A DNA stretch of 64,000 nt from an uncultured Acidimicrobiaceae bacterium. GTDB lineage: Bacteria > Actinomycetota > Acidimicrobiia > Acidimicrobiales > Bog-793. A program made the position numbers and the translations under genes. Positions 34,993-45,059 of this stretch are shown here, one piece after another; positions within the stretch are counted from its first letter, which is position 1; the number at the start of each line of letters is the position of its first letter. The DNA lies in NCBI GenBank assembly GCA_963823945.1, contig CAWGNK010000003.1:5732-69731 (forward strand), read 5' to 3'. The notes under the pieces were generated by a model. That model worked only from the letters and a program-made list of their open reading frames with translations, was not told where the DNA came from and made no database searches.

Positions 34993-36471
34993 ATGATCGA
35001 TCCCGCACTCGCCGGTCAGGCGGTGGGGCCCGCCACCGTCAGCGACCTCCTCAACGAGGCGCCGCGCAGCAGATTCCACCACCGGGCGGTCATCATCTCC
35101 GGCGCCGGCTTCTTCACCGATGCCTACGACCTCTTCGTCATCAGCACCGTCGCCGCGCTCGTCACGAAGCAGTGGAACCTGTCGACGACCCAGACGAGCT
35201 GGGTGACGGGATCGGCGATACTCGCGGCCTTCATCGGGGCGATCGTGTTCGGCCGCCTCGCCGACATCCTCGGGCGCAAGCGCGTGTACGTCGTCGTCGC
35301 CCTGATCATGATCGTCGGCGCGCTGGCGAGCGCGGCCGCGCCGGGCTTCGTCTGGCTCGTCGTTGCCCGCTTCGTGCTCGGCCTCGGCATCGGCGGCGAC
35401 TACCCCGTCTCGGCGGTGCTCATGAGCGAGTACTCGAACCGGGCGGACCGGGGTCGGTTCGTCGGCCTCGTCTTCTCCATGCAGGCGCTCGGGCTGATCG
35501 TCGGCCCCCTCGTCGCGCTCGTGCTGCTCGCCTCCGGGGTGGGACACGACACCACCTGGCGGCTGCTGCTCGCCCTCGGTGCCGTGCCGGCCGGCGCCGT
35601 CATCTACCTGCGCTCGAGGATGCCCGAATCGCCCCGGTTCCGCGCCCGCGTGCGCGGCGAGTCCGTCGAAGCCGCGGCGGACGCCGCCGCGTTCTCCGGG
35701 GGCACCGTCGTCGCCCCGGGGACGACGCTCGAGGGCACCCGGCGGATCTCGCTGCGCCAGTTCCTCTCCCAGGGCCGGATGCTCACCCTCATCGTGGGCA
35801 CCGCGGGGACCTGGTTCCTTTTCGACTACGCCTACTACGGCAACACCTTGTCGCTGCCAGTGATCCTGAAAGACGTCAGCCCGGGCGCAAGCCTCATCAC
35901 GAAGCTCGTCTGGACGCTCGGCATCTTCGTCGTCTTCGCGCTGCCGGGCTACGCCCTCGCCGTCTCCCGGATGGACCGGATCGGCCACCGGCGGCTCCAG
36001 CACCTCGGTTTCGCCGTCATCGCCGTGGCCTTCCTCGTCCTCGGGGCCGTGCCTGCCCTCACGACGACGGTTGCGCCGTTCCTCGCCGTGTTCGGCCTCA
36101 GCTACTTCTTCATCGAGTTCGGCCCGAACACGACGACATTCGTGCTCCCCTCGGAGGTGTTCCCCGTCTCGATGCGGACGACCGGGCACGGGATCGCCGC
36201 CGGGATCGGCAAGCTCGGCGCCTTCGCCGGGGTCTTCCTCGTGCCCCAGCTCGAGCTGCACATCGGGCTGCGGGGGATGCTCGTCGTGGCGGGCTGTGCC
36301 GCCGCCGCGGGGTTCGCTCTCACCTTCGTGCTGCCTGAGCCGGCCCGCCGCACGCTCGAGGCCGTCTCCGGCGAGGACGAGGACGTACCCGTCAAAGTGC
36401 CGTCAACGGCGTGGTCCGAGGAGGTCGCGCGGCCCCTGACCCCGACGGGGGAGCTCGCCAGCGGGACCTGA
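34993..36471 (+). CDS. MFS inorganic phosphate transporter (Pho84/PHS-like)
   Basis: Part of ORF 34366..36471. ATG 34993 chosen because codons between 34921 and 34956 have low GC3. Motifs GRLADILGRKRVY and GIGGDYPVSAVLMSEYSNRADRG. Divergent from phoU. Confidence 0.8.
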   Translation: MIDPALAGQAVGPATVSDLLNEAPRSRFHHRAVIISGAGFFTDAYDLFVISTVAALVTKQWNLSTTQTSWVTGSAILAAFIGAIVFGRLADILGRKRVYVVVALIMIVGALASAAAPGFVWLVVARFVLGLGIGGDYPVSAVLMSEYSNRADRGRFVGLVFSMQALGLIVGPLVALVLLASGVGHDTTWRLLLALGAVPAGAVIYLRSRMPESPRFRARVRGESVEAAADAAAFSGGTVVAPGTTLEGTRRISLRQFLSQGRMLTLIVGTAGTWFLFDYAYYGNTLSLPVILKDVSPGASLITKLVWTLGIFVVFALPGYALAVSRMDRIGHRRLQHLGFAVIAVAFLVLGAVPALTTTVAPFLAVFGLSYFFIEFGPNTTTFVLPSEVFPVSMRTTGHGIAAGIGKLGAFAGVFLVPQLELHIGLRGMLVVAGCAAAAGFALTFVLPEPARRTLEAVSGEDEDVPVKVPSTAWSEEVARPLTPTGELASGT

Positions 36472-36697
36472 CGCGCCCGACGGGTGGCTCGTCGGCGACC
36501 GCCCGTCAGCCCGACACGACAGTTGCCAGGTCGGCGCCCGCCTTCCCCGCCGCACCCCAGCGGACCGGTAGTGTGCCCTCACCAGTCCTTCCACCGGTCG
36601 GAGCCGTTCGTGTGGCTGGCAGGGCTGTCTCGCAAGGTGTGCTGGGTGCCAGCGTCCGCGGTCCGACCGCGGACGGACCAATCGGACGGGACGATTC

Positions 36698-37546
36698 ATG
36701 GCGGTGCGGGTAGTCACCGACAGCTCCGCGGACCTGCCGCCCTCGATCGCCGCCGAGCTGTCGATCGAGGTCGTCCCGCTGAAGGTGACCTTCGGGGACG
36801 AGGAGTTCACGGACGGGGTGGACCTCACCCCGGCGGCGTTCTGGGACTGCCTGCGGGCCTCGGAGGTGCTCCCTCACACGACGTCGCCCTCGCCGGGTGA
36901 TTTCGGGCGCGCGTTCGCCCGGTTGGACGACGACGGCGCCGACGGCATCATCTGCGTGACGCTCTCCTCCAAGGTCTCCGCCACCCACCAGTCCGCCCGG
37001 GTGGCCGCGGGGAACTTCTCCGGCCGCTGTCCGGTCGCCGTCGTCGACTCATTGTCGGTGTCGGCGGGCCTCGGCAACCTCTGCCGCGCCGCCGCCCGGC
37101 GCGGGGCGGAGGGGGCGGATCTCGCGACCGTGGTGGCCGAGACCGAGCAGCTGCGGCACGCCGCCGCCTTCTACGGCACGCCGGAGACCCTCGAGTACCT
37201 GCGGCGCGGTGGCCGGATCGGGGCCGCCCAGGCCCTGCTCGGCTCGGCCCTGTCCATCCGACCGCTCCTGCAGTTCGACAAGGGGACGGTCGAGGTCGCC
37301 GGGAAGGTCCGCACCCGCCAGCGGTCCTTCGCCTGGATCGTCGACTCCGTCGCCGCCGACTGCCCGGTCGAGAGCCTCACGGCCTTCCACGCCGACGCCG
37401 CCGACCTCGACGTCTTCTTGGAGATGCTCGGGGCCCAGGTGCCCGGCCAGGAGGTCGCCGTCGCGCTGATGGGGCCGGTGATGGGCACCCACCTCGGTCC
37501 GGGCTGCATCGGCGCCACCTACTTCAAGGCGGCCGTCCCGGGCTGA
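36698..37546 (+). CDS. DegV family fatty-acid-binding protein
   Basis: 282 aa. MAVRVVTDSSADLP start, then VVDSLSVSAGLG and the TLEYLRRGGRIG motif. Confidence 0.85.
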   Translation: MAVRVVTDSSADLPPSIAAELSIEVVPLKVTFGDEEFTDGVDLTPAAFWDCLRASEVLPHTTSPSPGDFGRAFARLDDDGADGIICVTLSSKVSATHQSARVAAGNFSGRCPVAVVDSLSVSAGLGNLCRAAARRGAEGADLATVVAETEQLRHAAAFYGTPETLEYLRRGGRIGAAQALLGSALSIRPLLQFDKGTVEVAGKVRTRQRSFAWIVDSVAADCPVESLTAFHADAADLDVFLEMLGAQVPGQEVAVALMGPVMGTHLGPGCIGATYFKAAVPG

Positions 37547-37554
37547 GCGACCCC

Positions 37555-37594
37555 GGCCACGTTGTCATGAGACGTGGTCCACTAAATGGGATAC
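37555..37594 (-). repeat. 40-bp remnant of the OrfB-proximal end of the IS3 element, inverted relative to 522-561
   Basis: The reverse complement of 37555-37594 (GTATCCCATTTAGTGGACCACGTCTCATGACAACGTGGCC) is identical to 522-561. It includes the last codons and stop of the transposase. It lies 8 nt from the CCA end of the adjacent tRNA. Confidence 0.9.
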
Positions 37595-37602
37595 CGGCGA
37601 GT

Positions 37603-37679
37603 TGGTGGGGACGGAGGGGATCGAACCCTCACTGTGGGCGTTTTAAGCGCCCTGCCTCTGCCGGTTGGGCTACGTCCCC
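37603..37679 (-). tRNA. class-I tRNA (74 nt plus encoded CCA) with anticodon loop CTTAAAA (anticodon TAA); isotype uncertain
   Basis: Minus-strand fold: acceptor GGGGACG/CGTCCCC, discriminator A, CCA encoded. D-arm GCCC-AACCGGCAG-AGGC. Anticodon stem GGGCG/CGCCC with loop C-T-TAA-A-A. 5-nt variable loop ACAGT. T-arm GAGGG-TTCGATC-CCCTC. Its first 10 nt overlap the end of the esterase ORF. Confidence 0.7.
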
Positions 37680-39313
37680 GCGTCCGTTCCTCCCTCGGGG
37701 GCGACGAGCGCCACGCCGGGACGCCGGACGCCCTCGATCGGGCCGTCGAAACCGTAGCGGCCGAGGCGCTCCTCCCAGAAGCGCCGCTCGGGCTCGTAGG
37801 GCGCGTCGACGAGCTCCGTCGTGGGGCCGAACCGCATCGTCGCCCGCCGCGCCGTCTCGTAGCGCGGCCAGCTCCCGGTCAGTTCGTTCGACGGGTCGCC
37901 CGAACGGGCGAAGGCGACCCATGACGCCTGCATCTCGTCCGAGAGCCGGAAGGCGTCCGCCCCGGTGCCGGAGAACAGCCCGATGATCGGCTCGTGCAGC
38001 GTGCCGAAGACGAACGGCAGCTCCACGCCGTGGCAGGCGCCGAGGCCGCCGCCCGCGAAGGGCGAGCTCCAGTCGAACAGGTAGGCGTACGTCGCCGGCC
38101 GCCGGCGGCGGTGGGCGTCGGCGAGGCGGAGCTGCGGGACGCGGAAGATCCAGTCGGTCACGATGGCGTCGAGCAGCGCCCGCGGGGTCGCCGGCTCGCC
38201 GCGGCTCTCCCGCGCCGCGGCGTACGCGGCGATCGCCTCGCGGCCGAGCGAATCGTCCGCGATCCCCGCGCCTCGCAGATAGCGGCCGACGAGCACCTCG
38301 AGCTCGGCCTCGGGGAGGTCCCGCCCGGCGAGGACGGCGAACGAGAAGAGCTTGAACTCGTCGCGGTTCGACCCGATGAGGAGGTCGACGCCCGCCGACG
38401 CGCCGCGGGCGATGGCGTCCTCGGGCGGGATGGGTAGGAGACCCCCGTCGACCACCGGCTGGAAAGGCAGCCCGAACCCGTTGTCGACCTCGGCGTTGAC
38501 TGCGACCTGTGCGGCGAGCAGGTCGTCGGCCGGGACGGCGGCGAGAGCCTCGCGGCTCGGCTCGCCGAGACCGAGGACGGCGGCCAGGCGTCGCGCGACG
38601 CGGGCCGCCGGCGGCGGGTCGATCGCCAGCGCGGCGCCGCTCTCGACGATCGCGCGGCCGAACAACCCCCGCGCCGCCGGGGCGGCCAACAGGTCGCAGA
38701 TCGACATCGCGCCCGCCGACTCACCGAAGACCGTGACGTTCGACGGGTCGCCGCCGAAGGCGCCGATGTTGTCACGCACCCAGCGCAGCGCGGCGATCTG
38801 GTCGAGCAGCCCCCAGTTGGCGAACCCGCCGCTCTCGTCGTCGGCGAGCGCCGGGTGGGCGAGGAAGCCGAAAGCGCCGAGCCGATAGTTGAAGGTGACG
38901 ACGACGACGCCGCGGGCGGCCAGCCGGCCCGCCCGGTACATGACCCCCGACCCGCTGCCGTTGGCGAAGGCCCCGCCGTGGACGAAGACCATCACCGGCA
39001 ACGGCCCCCGCACCCCCGCCGGGCACCAGACGTTGCACGCCAGGCAGTTCTCGTCCTGCTCGACTGGATCGCCGGGGAAGTAGCTGCCGATGCCGGAGGG
39101 CGGCTGCGGCGCGACCGGCCCGAACGCCGAGGCGTCGCGCCGGCGCGCCCAGGAGGGCGCCGGCTGCGGCGGCCGGAAACGCAACGGGCCGACCGGCGCC
39201 GCGGCGTACGGGATGCCCCGGAACGACCACACGCCGTCGGCCTCGACCCCGCGCACCGTCCCGGCGCCGATCGTGACGGTTCCCTCGGACAACGCGACCT
39301 CTCCCGGTGGCAC
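37670..39313 (-). CDS. type B carboxylesterase/lipase (para-nitrobenzyl esterase-like)
   Basis: 547 aa with GTG start. Nucleophile elbow FGESAGA, oxyanion region VFVHGGAF and a C-terminal His context. Confidence 0.85.
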   Translation of the reverse strand: MPPGEVALSEGTVTIGAGTVRGVEADGVWSFRGIPYAAAPVGPLRFRPPQPAPSWARRRDASAFGPVAPQPPSGIGSYFPGDPVEQDENCLACNVWCPAGVRGPLPVMVFVHGGAFANGSGSGVMYRAGRLAARGVVVVTFNYRLGAFGFLAHPALADDESGGFANWGLLDQIAALRWVRDNIGAFGGDPSNVTVFGESAGAMSICDLLAAPAARGLFGRAIVESGAALAIDPPPAARVARRLAAVLGLGEPSREALAAVPADDLLAAQVAVNAEVDNGFGLPFQPVVDGGLLPIPPEDAIARGASAGVDLLIGSNRDEFKLFSFAVLAGRDLPEAELEVLVGRYLRGAGIADDSLGREAIAAYAAARESRGEPATPRALLDAIVTDWIFRVPQLRLADAHRRRRPATYAYLFDWSSPFAGGGLGACHGVELPFVFGTLHEPIIGLFSGTGADAFRLSDEMQASWVAFARSGDPSNELTGSWPRYETARRATMRFGPTTELVDAPYEPERRFWEERLGRYGFDGPIEGVRRPGVALVAPEGGTDAGT

Positions 39314-39418
39314 GGACGGCCTTGCCGGGCGCGACGCTATCGGGTCCGCCGGTCCCTCTCACCTGGTCGTTCGCAACCACCACTTGACTCTTGCTCCCAT
39401 TGTGGCCAAAGTTAATGG

Positions 39419-40660
39419 GTGTTATCGGTGAGGTTGAGGGGGTCGATCGCGCCCCTCCTCGGCGCGGCTGTCCTCGCGGCGGTGTGGAGCTCCCCGGTGG
39501 CGGCATCGCCCGGCGCCCCCGGGGGGCCGACGAACGCCCAGATCCAGGCGGCTCGCGCCCAGGCGGCCCGGCTGACACAGCTGATCTCGGCCGACAACGA
39601 GCGCGAGCAGATCGCCGGCGAGCGCTACGACCAGGCCAACGTCGTGATCGGGCTGGCCAAGAAACGGCTGGCCTCGCTCCACCGCCAGATCCGCCGCGAG
39701 GATGCCAGCATCGCGACCGGCACCCGTCGCGTCCAGCGGGCCGCCGTCGAGGCCTACGTCGAGGGTGGCAGCGGCAGCGGTGGCACGGCGCAGTTCGCCA
39801 GCCTGCTCACCAGCTCGCTCACCAACTCCGAGTCGATCACCACCTACGCCGGGGTCGCGACGACCTCGCTCCACAAAGCCGTCGTCCGCCTCGTCGCCGA
39901 GAGGTCCCGGCTCCTGGCGAACGAGTCGGCGGCCCGCACCCAGGTGAGCGCCGCCCGCAACGCCGCCCGCAGCTCGTCGGCGGCGCGCCTCGAGGCGGCG
40001 GCCGCCGGGCAGTCGACGGCGGCGGCGCTCGACCAGGTCAAGGGGCAGCTCGCCACGCTGATCGAGCAACGTGCCCTGGCCATCGCCCAGCAGAAGGCCG
40101 CCGAGGCCCAGGCGGCCAAGTCGGCCGCGGCCCGCAACGCCTACGCGAAGAGCGCCGAGCAGTACGGCGCCCTGGCGACCCAGTTCGGCGGGGGCGGCGC
40201 CGCGGCGGCCGAGGCGGCCGAGGTCCAGGCGGCGCTCGCCAGCGAGGCCGGCCACCCGCCGCTCGCCCCGGCGGGCCACACGGCGGCGGGTGACCTCGCC
40301 GTCCAGACAGCCGAGAGCTACCTCGGCGTCCCCTATGTCTGGGGCGGCGCCGGTCCCGACGGCTTCGACTGCTCCGGGCTCACGATGGTCGCCTGGGCGG
40401 CGGCGGGCGTCAGCCTGACCCACAGCGCCTGGTACCAGTACCGGGAGACGACGCACGTGCCCCTGTCGGCGATCGAGCCTGGAGACCTGCTCTTCTACAC
40501 GTTCCCGAACGACGGGCCGAATCCGATCACCCACGTCGCGATGTACGTCGGCTCGGGACCGTATGGGACGGAGACCATCATCCAGGCGCCCGAGACCGGC
40601 GAGACCGTGTCGTACTCGCCGATGTACTACTTCGGCTTCGTCGCCGCCGGCCAGCCCTGA
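39419..40660 (+). CDS. secreted NlpC/P60 peptidoglycan endopeptidase with N-terminal coiled coil (RipA-like architecture)
   Basis: 413 aa. Signal peptide, then a long Ala/Gln-rich coiled coil. C-terminal GVPYVWGGAGPDGFDCSGL...HVAMYVG (Cys-His catalytic motifs). Confidence 0.85.
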   Translation: MLSVRLRGSIAPLLGAAVLAAVWSSPVAASPGAPGGPTNAQIQAARAQAARLTQLISADNEREQIAGERYDQANVVIGLAKKRLASLHRQIRREDASIATGTRRVQRAAVEAYVEGGSGSGGTAQFASLLTSSLTNSESITTYAGVATTSLHKAVVRLVAERSRLLANESAARTQVSAARNAARSSSAARLEAAAAGQSTAAALDQVKGQLATLIEQRALAIAQQKAAEAQAAKSAAARNAYAKSAEQYGALATQFGGGGAAAAEAAEVQAALASEAGHPPLAPAGHTAAGDLAVQTAESYLGVPYVWGGAGPDGFDCSGLTMVAWAAAGVSLTHSAWYQYRETTHVPLSAIEPGDLLFYTFPNDGPNPITHVAMYVGSGPYGTETIIQAPETGETVSYSPMYYFGFVAAGQP

Positions 40661-40671
40661 CGGGCGGCGCC

Positions 40672-41289
40672 TCAGGCGCCCGCCGGTTCGATCCAGTCCG
40701 CGCGGTACGCCTGCCGCCGCGCCGCCCAGTCCTCCGCGGTGATGGAGTAGCGGACGTGGTCCTCCCAGACGCCGTCGATCTCGAGGTAGCCGCGGGCGAC
40801 CCCCTCCTCGGCGAGACCGAGCTTCTCGGCCACCCGCCGACTCGGGCGGTTGCGCGGGATGATCGCCACCTGGACGCGGTGCAGGGCGAGCTCGTCGAAG
40901 GCGAACCCGAACACGACGACGCAGGACTCCGGCACGTAGCCCCGGCCGGCGTGCGCCTCGTCGATCCAGTAGCCGAGATAGGCGCTCTGCGCGGCGCCGC
41001 GCTGGATCGAGGAGAGGTTGATCTCGCCGGCGAAGGTCCGCCCGAGGAAGATCCCGTAGCTGTAGGCGGTGCCCAGCTGGCGGTCGCGCTCGCGCATCGA
41101 GCAGCGGGCGGCGAACGAGGCACGGTCCTCGGCGAGGTAGGGCCCGCGGGCGCGCCGCGGCTCCCAGTGGACAAGCCACTCGCGGGCGCGCGTGCGCACC
41201 TCGAACCAGGCGCGATAGTCACCGGCCCGCAGCGGGCGCAGTGTCACACGCCGCCCGGCCAGCTCCAGGCCGAGGTCTCGCCCGCTCAA
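40672..41289 (-). CDS. GNAT N-acetyltransferase (RimJ/RimL-like)
   Basis: 205 aa. Acetyl-CoA motif-A-like IIPRNRPSRRVAEKLG and the overall RimJ pattern. Confidence 0.75.
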   Translation of the reverse strand: MSGRDLGLELAGRRVTLRPLRAGDYRAWFEVRTRAREWLVHWEPRRARGPYLAEDRASFAARCSMRERDRQLGTAYSYGIFLGRTFAGEINLSSIQRGAAQSAYLGYWIDEAHAGRGYVPESCVVVFGFAFDELALHRVQVAIIPRNRPSRRVAEKLGLAEEGVARGYLEIDGVWEDHVRYSITAEDWAARRQAYRADWIEPAGA

Positions 41290-41459
41290 CCCGACCGCCC
41301 GGTGCCACGGCGGTGCCAGGGAGGGCCGAACCCGACGACGACCCGCGAGCTGGTGTTCACGGACTCATCGTGCCAGATCCCCCGGCGATCCTCACCACCT
41401 ACACTCGGCCGGGGTCGGGCCGTCGCGATCGTCGGGACGACGAACCCGGTCGAGTGGCG

Positions 41460-43409
41460 ATGACGAATCAACACAGCATCCGGGACAGCGAGAACGAGCT
41501 CGCCCGCCTCGTCGCCGCGCTCGAGTGGGCGGCCGGCCAGCTCGACGCCTTGGCCGACGCCGACCCGGCGCGGACGCCCGACCACTGGTACGGGCGCGAC
41601 GCCGACGATCTCGGCGCCGACGGGGATTCCGCCCGCCCCGGCGTCGCCTATCCCCTCGACGCCGGCGAGGACCGCCGCGCCTACCACCGCTGGCTCGCAG
41701 AGCGGGGCGAGCCGACCAACATCGGCTCACCGCGGTCCGAGTCGCGCCGCACGCCGGCGACGAGACGACCCCGTTGGGCGACGCCGACGTTCACCGTCGT
41801 CGCGCCGGCGGGCGACGCTTCGGCGGAGCTCGTGGCACGCTGCGTCGGGTCGGTCCTCGCCCAGACCTTCGCCCGCTGGGAACTCGTGGTGGTCGCCGGG
41901 TCCTCCCCCGACACGTCGGGCTACCTCGCCTCGCTGGCGAACGTCGACCACCGCGTCGCCGTGGTCGCCGGCGACCAGGCGACGACAACCGAGGCGGTCA
42001 ACGCCGCGATCGCCGCCGGCCACGGCGAGTTCGCCGCCCTTGTCGGGGCGCGCGACGAACTCGCGCCGGGCGCTCTCGAGAACATCGCCGCGGCGATCGC
42101 CGCGACGGCGGACGCCGACGTCGTCTACACCGACGAGGACCGGGTCGATTCCGCCGGGGAGCGATTCGCGCCGGACCTCAAGCCCGCCTGGTCGCCGGAC
42201 CTCTACCTCGGGTGCGACTACGTCGGCCACCTCGTCGCCGTGCGGCGTGCCCTCGTCGTCGAGCTCGGCGGGCTGCGCGCCGAGTTCGGCACCGCCGCCG
42301 AGTACGACCTCGTGCTGCGGGCGAGCGAGAGGGCGCGCTCGATCGTCCACGTGCCGGGCATCGCCTACCACCGGCGGCAGAGCGCCGCCCGGCGCTCCGG
42401 GAAGGCGGACCCCGGCGGCGAGGCGAAACGGCGGGTGATCGCCGACGCGCTCGACCGCCGGGGAGAACGGGCCGAGATCGAGGCGGGAGGCGTCGCGGGG
42501 CAGTTCAACATCCGCCGGGGCTTTGCCGGACAGCCGCTCGTCAGCACCATCATCCCGTTCCGCGACGAACCCGCCCTGCTCGCGAAATGCGTCTCCACGA
42601 TCCGCAGGGCGCCCGGTTACGACCACCTCGAACTCGTCCTCGTCGACAACGACAGTGAGCTGCCCGAGACCAAGGCGCTCGTCGAGCGGCTCGTGGCCGA
42701 GCCCGGGGTGAGGCTCGTCGAGGCGCCGGGCCCTTTCAACTGGTCGGCGATCAACAACGCCGCCGTGCGGGCGTGCCAGGGCGAGCTCCTTTTGTTCATG
42801 AACAACGACATCGAGGCCGTGAAGCCGCGCTGGCTCGAGCCGCTTGTCGGGCACGCCCTGCGGCGAGAAGTCGGTGCCGTCGGGGCGCGGCTCTTGTACC
42901 CGGACGGGTCGCTCCAGCACGGCGGGGTCGTCTTCGGCCTCGGTGGGCTGGCGGCCCACGTGCTGCGCGGCCTGCCAGGCGACCGGCCCGGCTACGGCGC
43001 GATGGCGACCCAGACCCGGGACTGCTCGGCTGTCACCGGCGCCTGCTTGATGGCGAGACGCGAGGTGTTCGAGGCGGTCGGGGGGTTCGACGAGGAGCTG
43101 ACGGTGTCGTTCAACGACGTCGACTTCTGCCTGAAGCTGCGGGAGGCCGGCTACCTCGTCGTCTACACACCGCTCACCGAGCTGGTCCACCACGAGTCAC
43201 GCTCCCGGGGCCACACCGAGGACTCGGCGGCTCACGAACGGATCCTCGCCCGCTGGGGGCCGGCGATCGCGGCGGGCGACCCCTACCACAACGCGCTGCT
43301 CAGCAAATGGCGAGACTGGTGCCCGATCTCGACGGCACAGGAGGACGAACGATGGACGGACTTTCTGACAACGACCCTCTCGACGCCGCAACCATCGTCG
43401 AGCAGCTGA
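41460..43409 (+). CDS. two-domain family 2 glycosyltransferase
   Basis: ORF 41241..43409 trimmed to ATG 41460. Two GT2 units (FTVVAPAGDA...YTDEDRV and VSTIIPFRDE...LVDNDS...FMNNDIE). DxD-type motifs in both. Confidence 0.8.
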   Translation: MTNQHSIRDSENELARLVAALEWAAGQLDALADADPARTPDHWYGRDADDLGADGDSARPGVAYPLDAGEDRRAYHRWLAERGEPTNIGSPRSESRRTPATRRPRWATPTFTVVAPAGDASAELVARCVGSVLAQTFARWELVVVAGSSPDTSGYLASLANVDHRVAVVAGDQATTTEAVNAAIAAGHGEFAALVGARDELAPGALENIAAAIAATADADVVYTDEDRVDSAGERFAPDLKPAWSPDLYLGCDYVGHLVAVRRALVVELGGLRAEFGTAAEYDLVLRASERARSIVHVPGIAYHRRQSAARRSGKADPGGEAKRRVIADALDRRGERAEIEAGGVAGQFNIRRGFAGQPLVSTIIPFRDEPALLAKCVSTIRRAPGYDHLELVLVDNDSELPETKALVERLVAEPGVRLVEAPGPFNWSAINNAAVRACQGELLLFMNNDIEAVKPRWLEPLVGHALRREVGAVGARLLYPDGSLQHGGVVFGLGGLAAHVLRGLPGDRPGYGAMATQTRDCSAVTGACLMARREVFEAVGGFDEELTVSFNDVDFCLKLREAGYLVVYTPLTELVHHESRSRGHTEDSAAHERILARWGPAIAAGDPYHNALLSKWRDWCPISTAQEDERWTDFLTTTLSTPQPSSSS

Positions 43410-43828
43410 GGTCGCTCGTCGCCGAAGGCCGCCGCGAGTACCCGCGCACCTGGATGCCGCGGGCGAGCTACGAGGATCTCGTCGTCGACGACGGGCGTGA
43501 GCCGATCCACCTCCACGAGAGCATCCACTACCTCCACCGCCACTGGAACATGGCGGACTCGCGTTCGTGTAAGGGGATCGGCTGGGGACCGAAGGCGATC
43601 GTCCAGCGGTTGCTCAGCCGGATCGTCAACGGCGCGATGAGCCACTACTTCGCCGAGGAGCAGATGTTCCGCTCGCATCTCGCCCGGTCGATCGATGCCA
43701 TCGCCTACCGCGTCGACAACCTCAACTACGCCGACCAGCGGGCGCTGCTCGGTGCGGTCCGGGAGGACCTCATCGAACTCGCCCGCCACGTCGAACACCG
43801 GCTCGACACCCGCGAAGTAGACCGCTAG
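43352..43828 (+). CDS. hypothetical protein (158 aa) inside the glycosyltransferase cluster
   Basis: ATG 43352 within ORF 42773..43828, with AGGAGGA 7 nt upstream. Overlaps the GT2 3' end by 58 nt. No recognised motif. Confidence 0.55.
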   Translation: MDGLSDNDPLDAATIVEQLRSLVAEGRREYPRTWMPRASYEDLVVDDGREPIHLHESIHYLHRHWNMADSRSCKGIGWGPKAIVQRLLSRIVNGAMSHYFAEEQMFRSHLARSIDAIAYRVDNLNYADQRALLGAVREDLIELARHVEHRLDTREVDR

Positions 43829-43834
43829 ACCGAG

Positions 43835-45052
43835 GTGACCAACTCCCCGGCCGTGTCGTCGCGAGCCCCCCTGCCTGTCGTCGCGATCGTGACGCGCCAC
43901 TGGGGCCAGGCCGCCAATGAGGCGGCCGCCGCGACACGACTCGTCGCCGGGGCGCTCGCCCGCCACGCCGACGTCGCGGTCGTCCATCTCGTGGAGAACG
44001 CTGGCGCGACCCACCGCGAAAGCGTCTTCGAGATCCACCCCGCCGCCGTTCGCGGGGCGAACCCGCGCCGCTCGGCGCTGCTGCGCGCCGCGCTGAACGG
44101 ACATGCCGACGCTTCTGGCCCACCGCCCGCCGCGGCCGAACTCCTGCACCGGTACGGCGGGGAGGCGCCCGCGGTCCTGGGCACGCTGAAAGAGATCGCC
44201 CCCGACGCCGTCGTGCTGGCCGGGGTCGACCAGCCGTGGGACGTCTCGGCGCTCGGCCGGCCCGGCGACGGGAGCCGGCCCCCGGTCCTCGTGATCCCTT
44301 TCCTCGACGCCGGGCGGCCGGTGCCGGCCGAGATCCTGCGGCTCGTCGAGCACGCCGACCGGATCGGCACGATCCACCCCGACGAGCGCGCGACCCTCGT
44401 CGGGCTCGCACCCGGACGGGAAGGCGACATCGTGCCCATTGACCTGGCGATCGGCGTGAACCGCCACGCCACGGCGGATCCGCTCGTCGGTGTCGCCGCC
44501 TTCGGCGAGTACGTGCTTCTGATCAGGCGCTTCCCGGCGGCGGGACCGCGCCTCGAACGCTCGGTGAACGCCGAGATGCTCCCGGCGATCCTCGACGGCC
44601 TCTCGGTCGCCGAGGTCGACGGTGAGACGTGGCGGATCTGTGACGACCACAACACCGCCGTCCTGCCGGTGAACCCGAGCGGGGTGAACTTCGCCCGGCT
44701 CGTCGCCCGCGCCCGGGCGACGGTCGACGTCCGGCCCCCCGGTCCGGTCGGCACGATGGCCATCGAGTCGATGCTGCTCGGCGTCCCCGCCCTCGTACCC
44801 GACGGGTCGGCCGCCAAGGCGCATGTCGCCGCAGCCAACGGGGGCCTGTGGTACCGGAACATCGGGGAGTTGTTCGACGCCGTGCGCGTCCTCGTGCGCA
44901 CCCCCCTCGGGGCGGTGCTCGCCGGGCAGGGTCGCGCCTACGCGCAGACGAGGCACGGGGACATCGATGACTTCGTCGCCCGCATGGCCGCCCTCGTGCT
45001 CGGTCACCGCCCGGCGGCCCCTCCCCACGGGGAGGCCGGCCGGGGGGCCTAA
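43835..45052 (+). CDS. GT-B fold glycosyltransferase (GT4-like)
   Basis: 405 aa. C-terminal ESMLLGVPALVPDGSAAKAHV...GGLWY resembles the GT1/GT4 EX7E region. Confidence 0.7.
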   Translation: MTNSPAVSSRAPLPVVAIVTRHWGQAANEAAAATRLVAGALARHADVAVVHLVENAGATHRESVFEIHPAAVRGANPRRSALLRAALNGHADASGPPPAAAELLHRYGGEAPAVLGTLKEIAPDAVVLAGVDQPWDVSALGRPGDGSRPPVLVIPFLDAGRPVPAEILRLVEHADRIGTIHPDERATLVGLAPGREGDIVPIDLAIGVNRHATADPLVGVAAFGEYVLLIRRFPAAGPRLERSVNAEMLPAILDGLSVAEVDGETWRICDDHNTAVLPVNPSGVNFARLVARARATVDVRPPGPVGTMAIESMLLGVPALVPDGSAAKAHVAAANGGLWYRNIGELFDAVRVLVRTPLGAVLAGQGRAYAQTRHGDIDDFVARMAALVLGHRPAAPPHGEAGRGA

Positions 45053-45059
45053 TGGGGAT

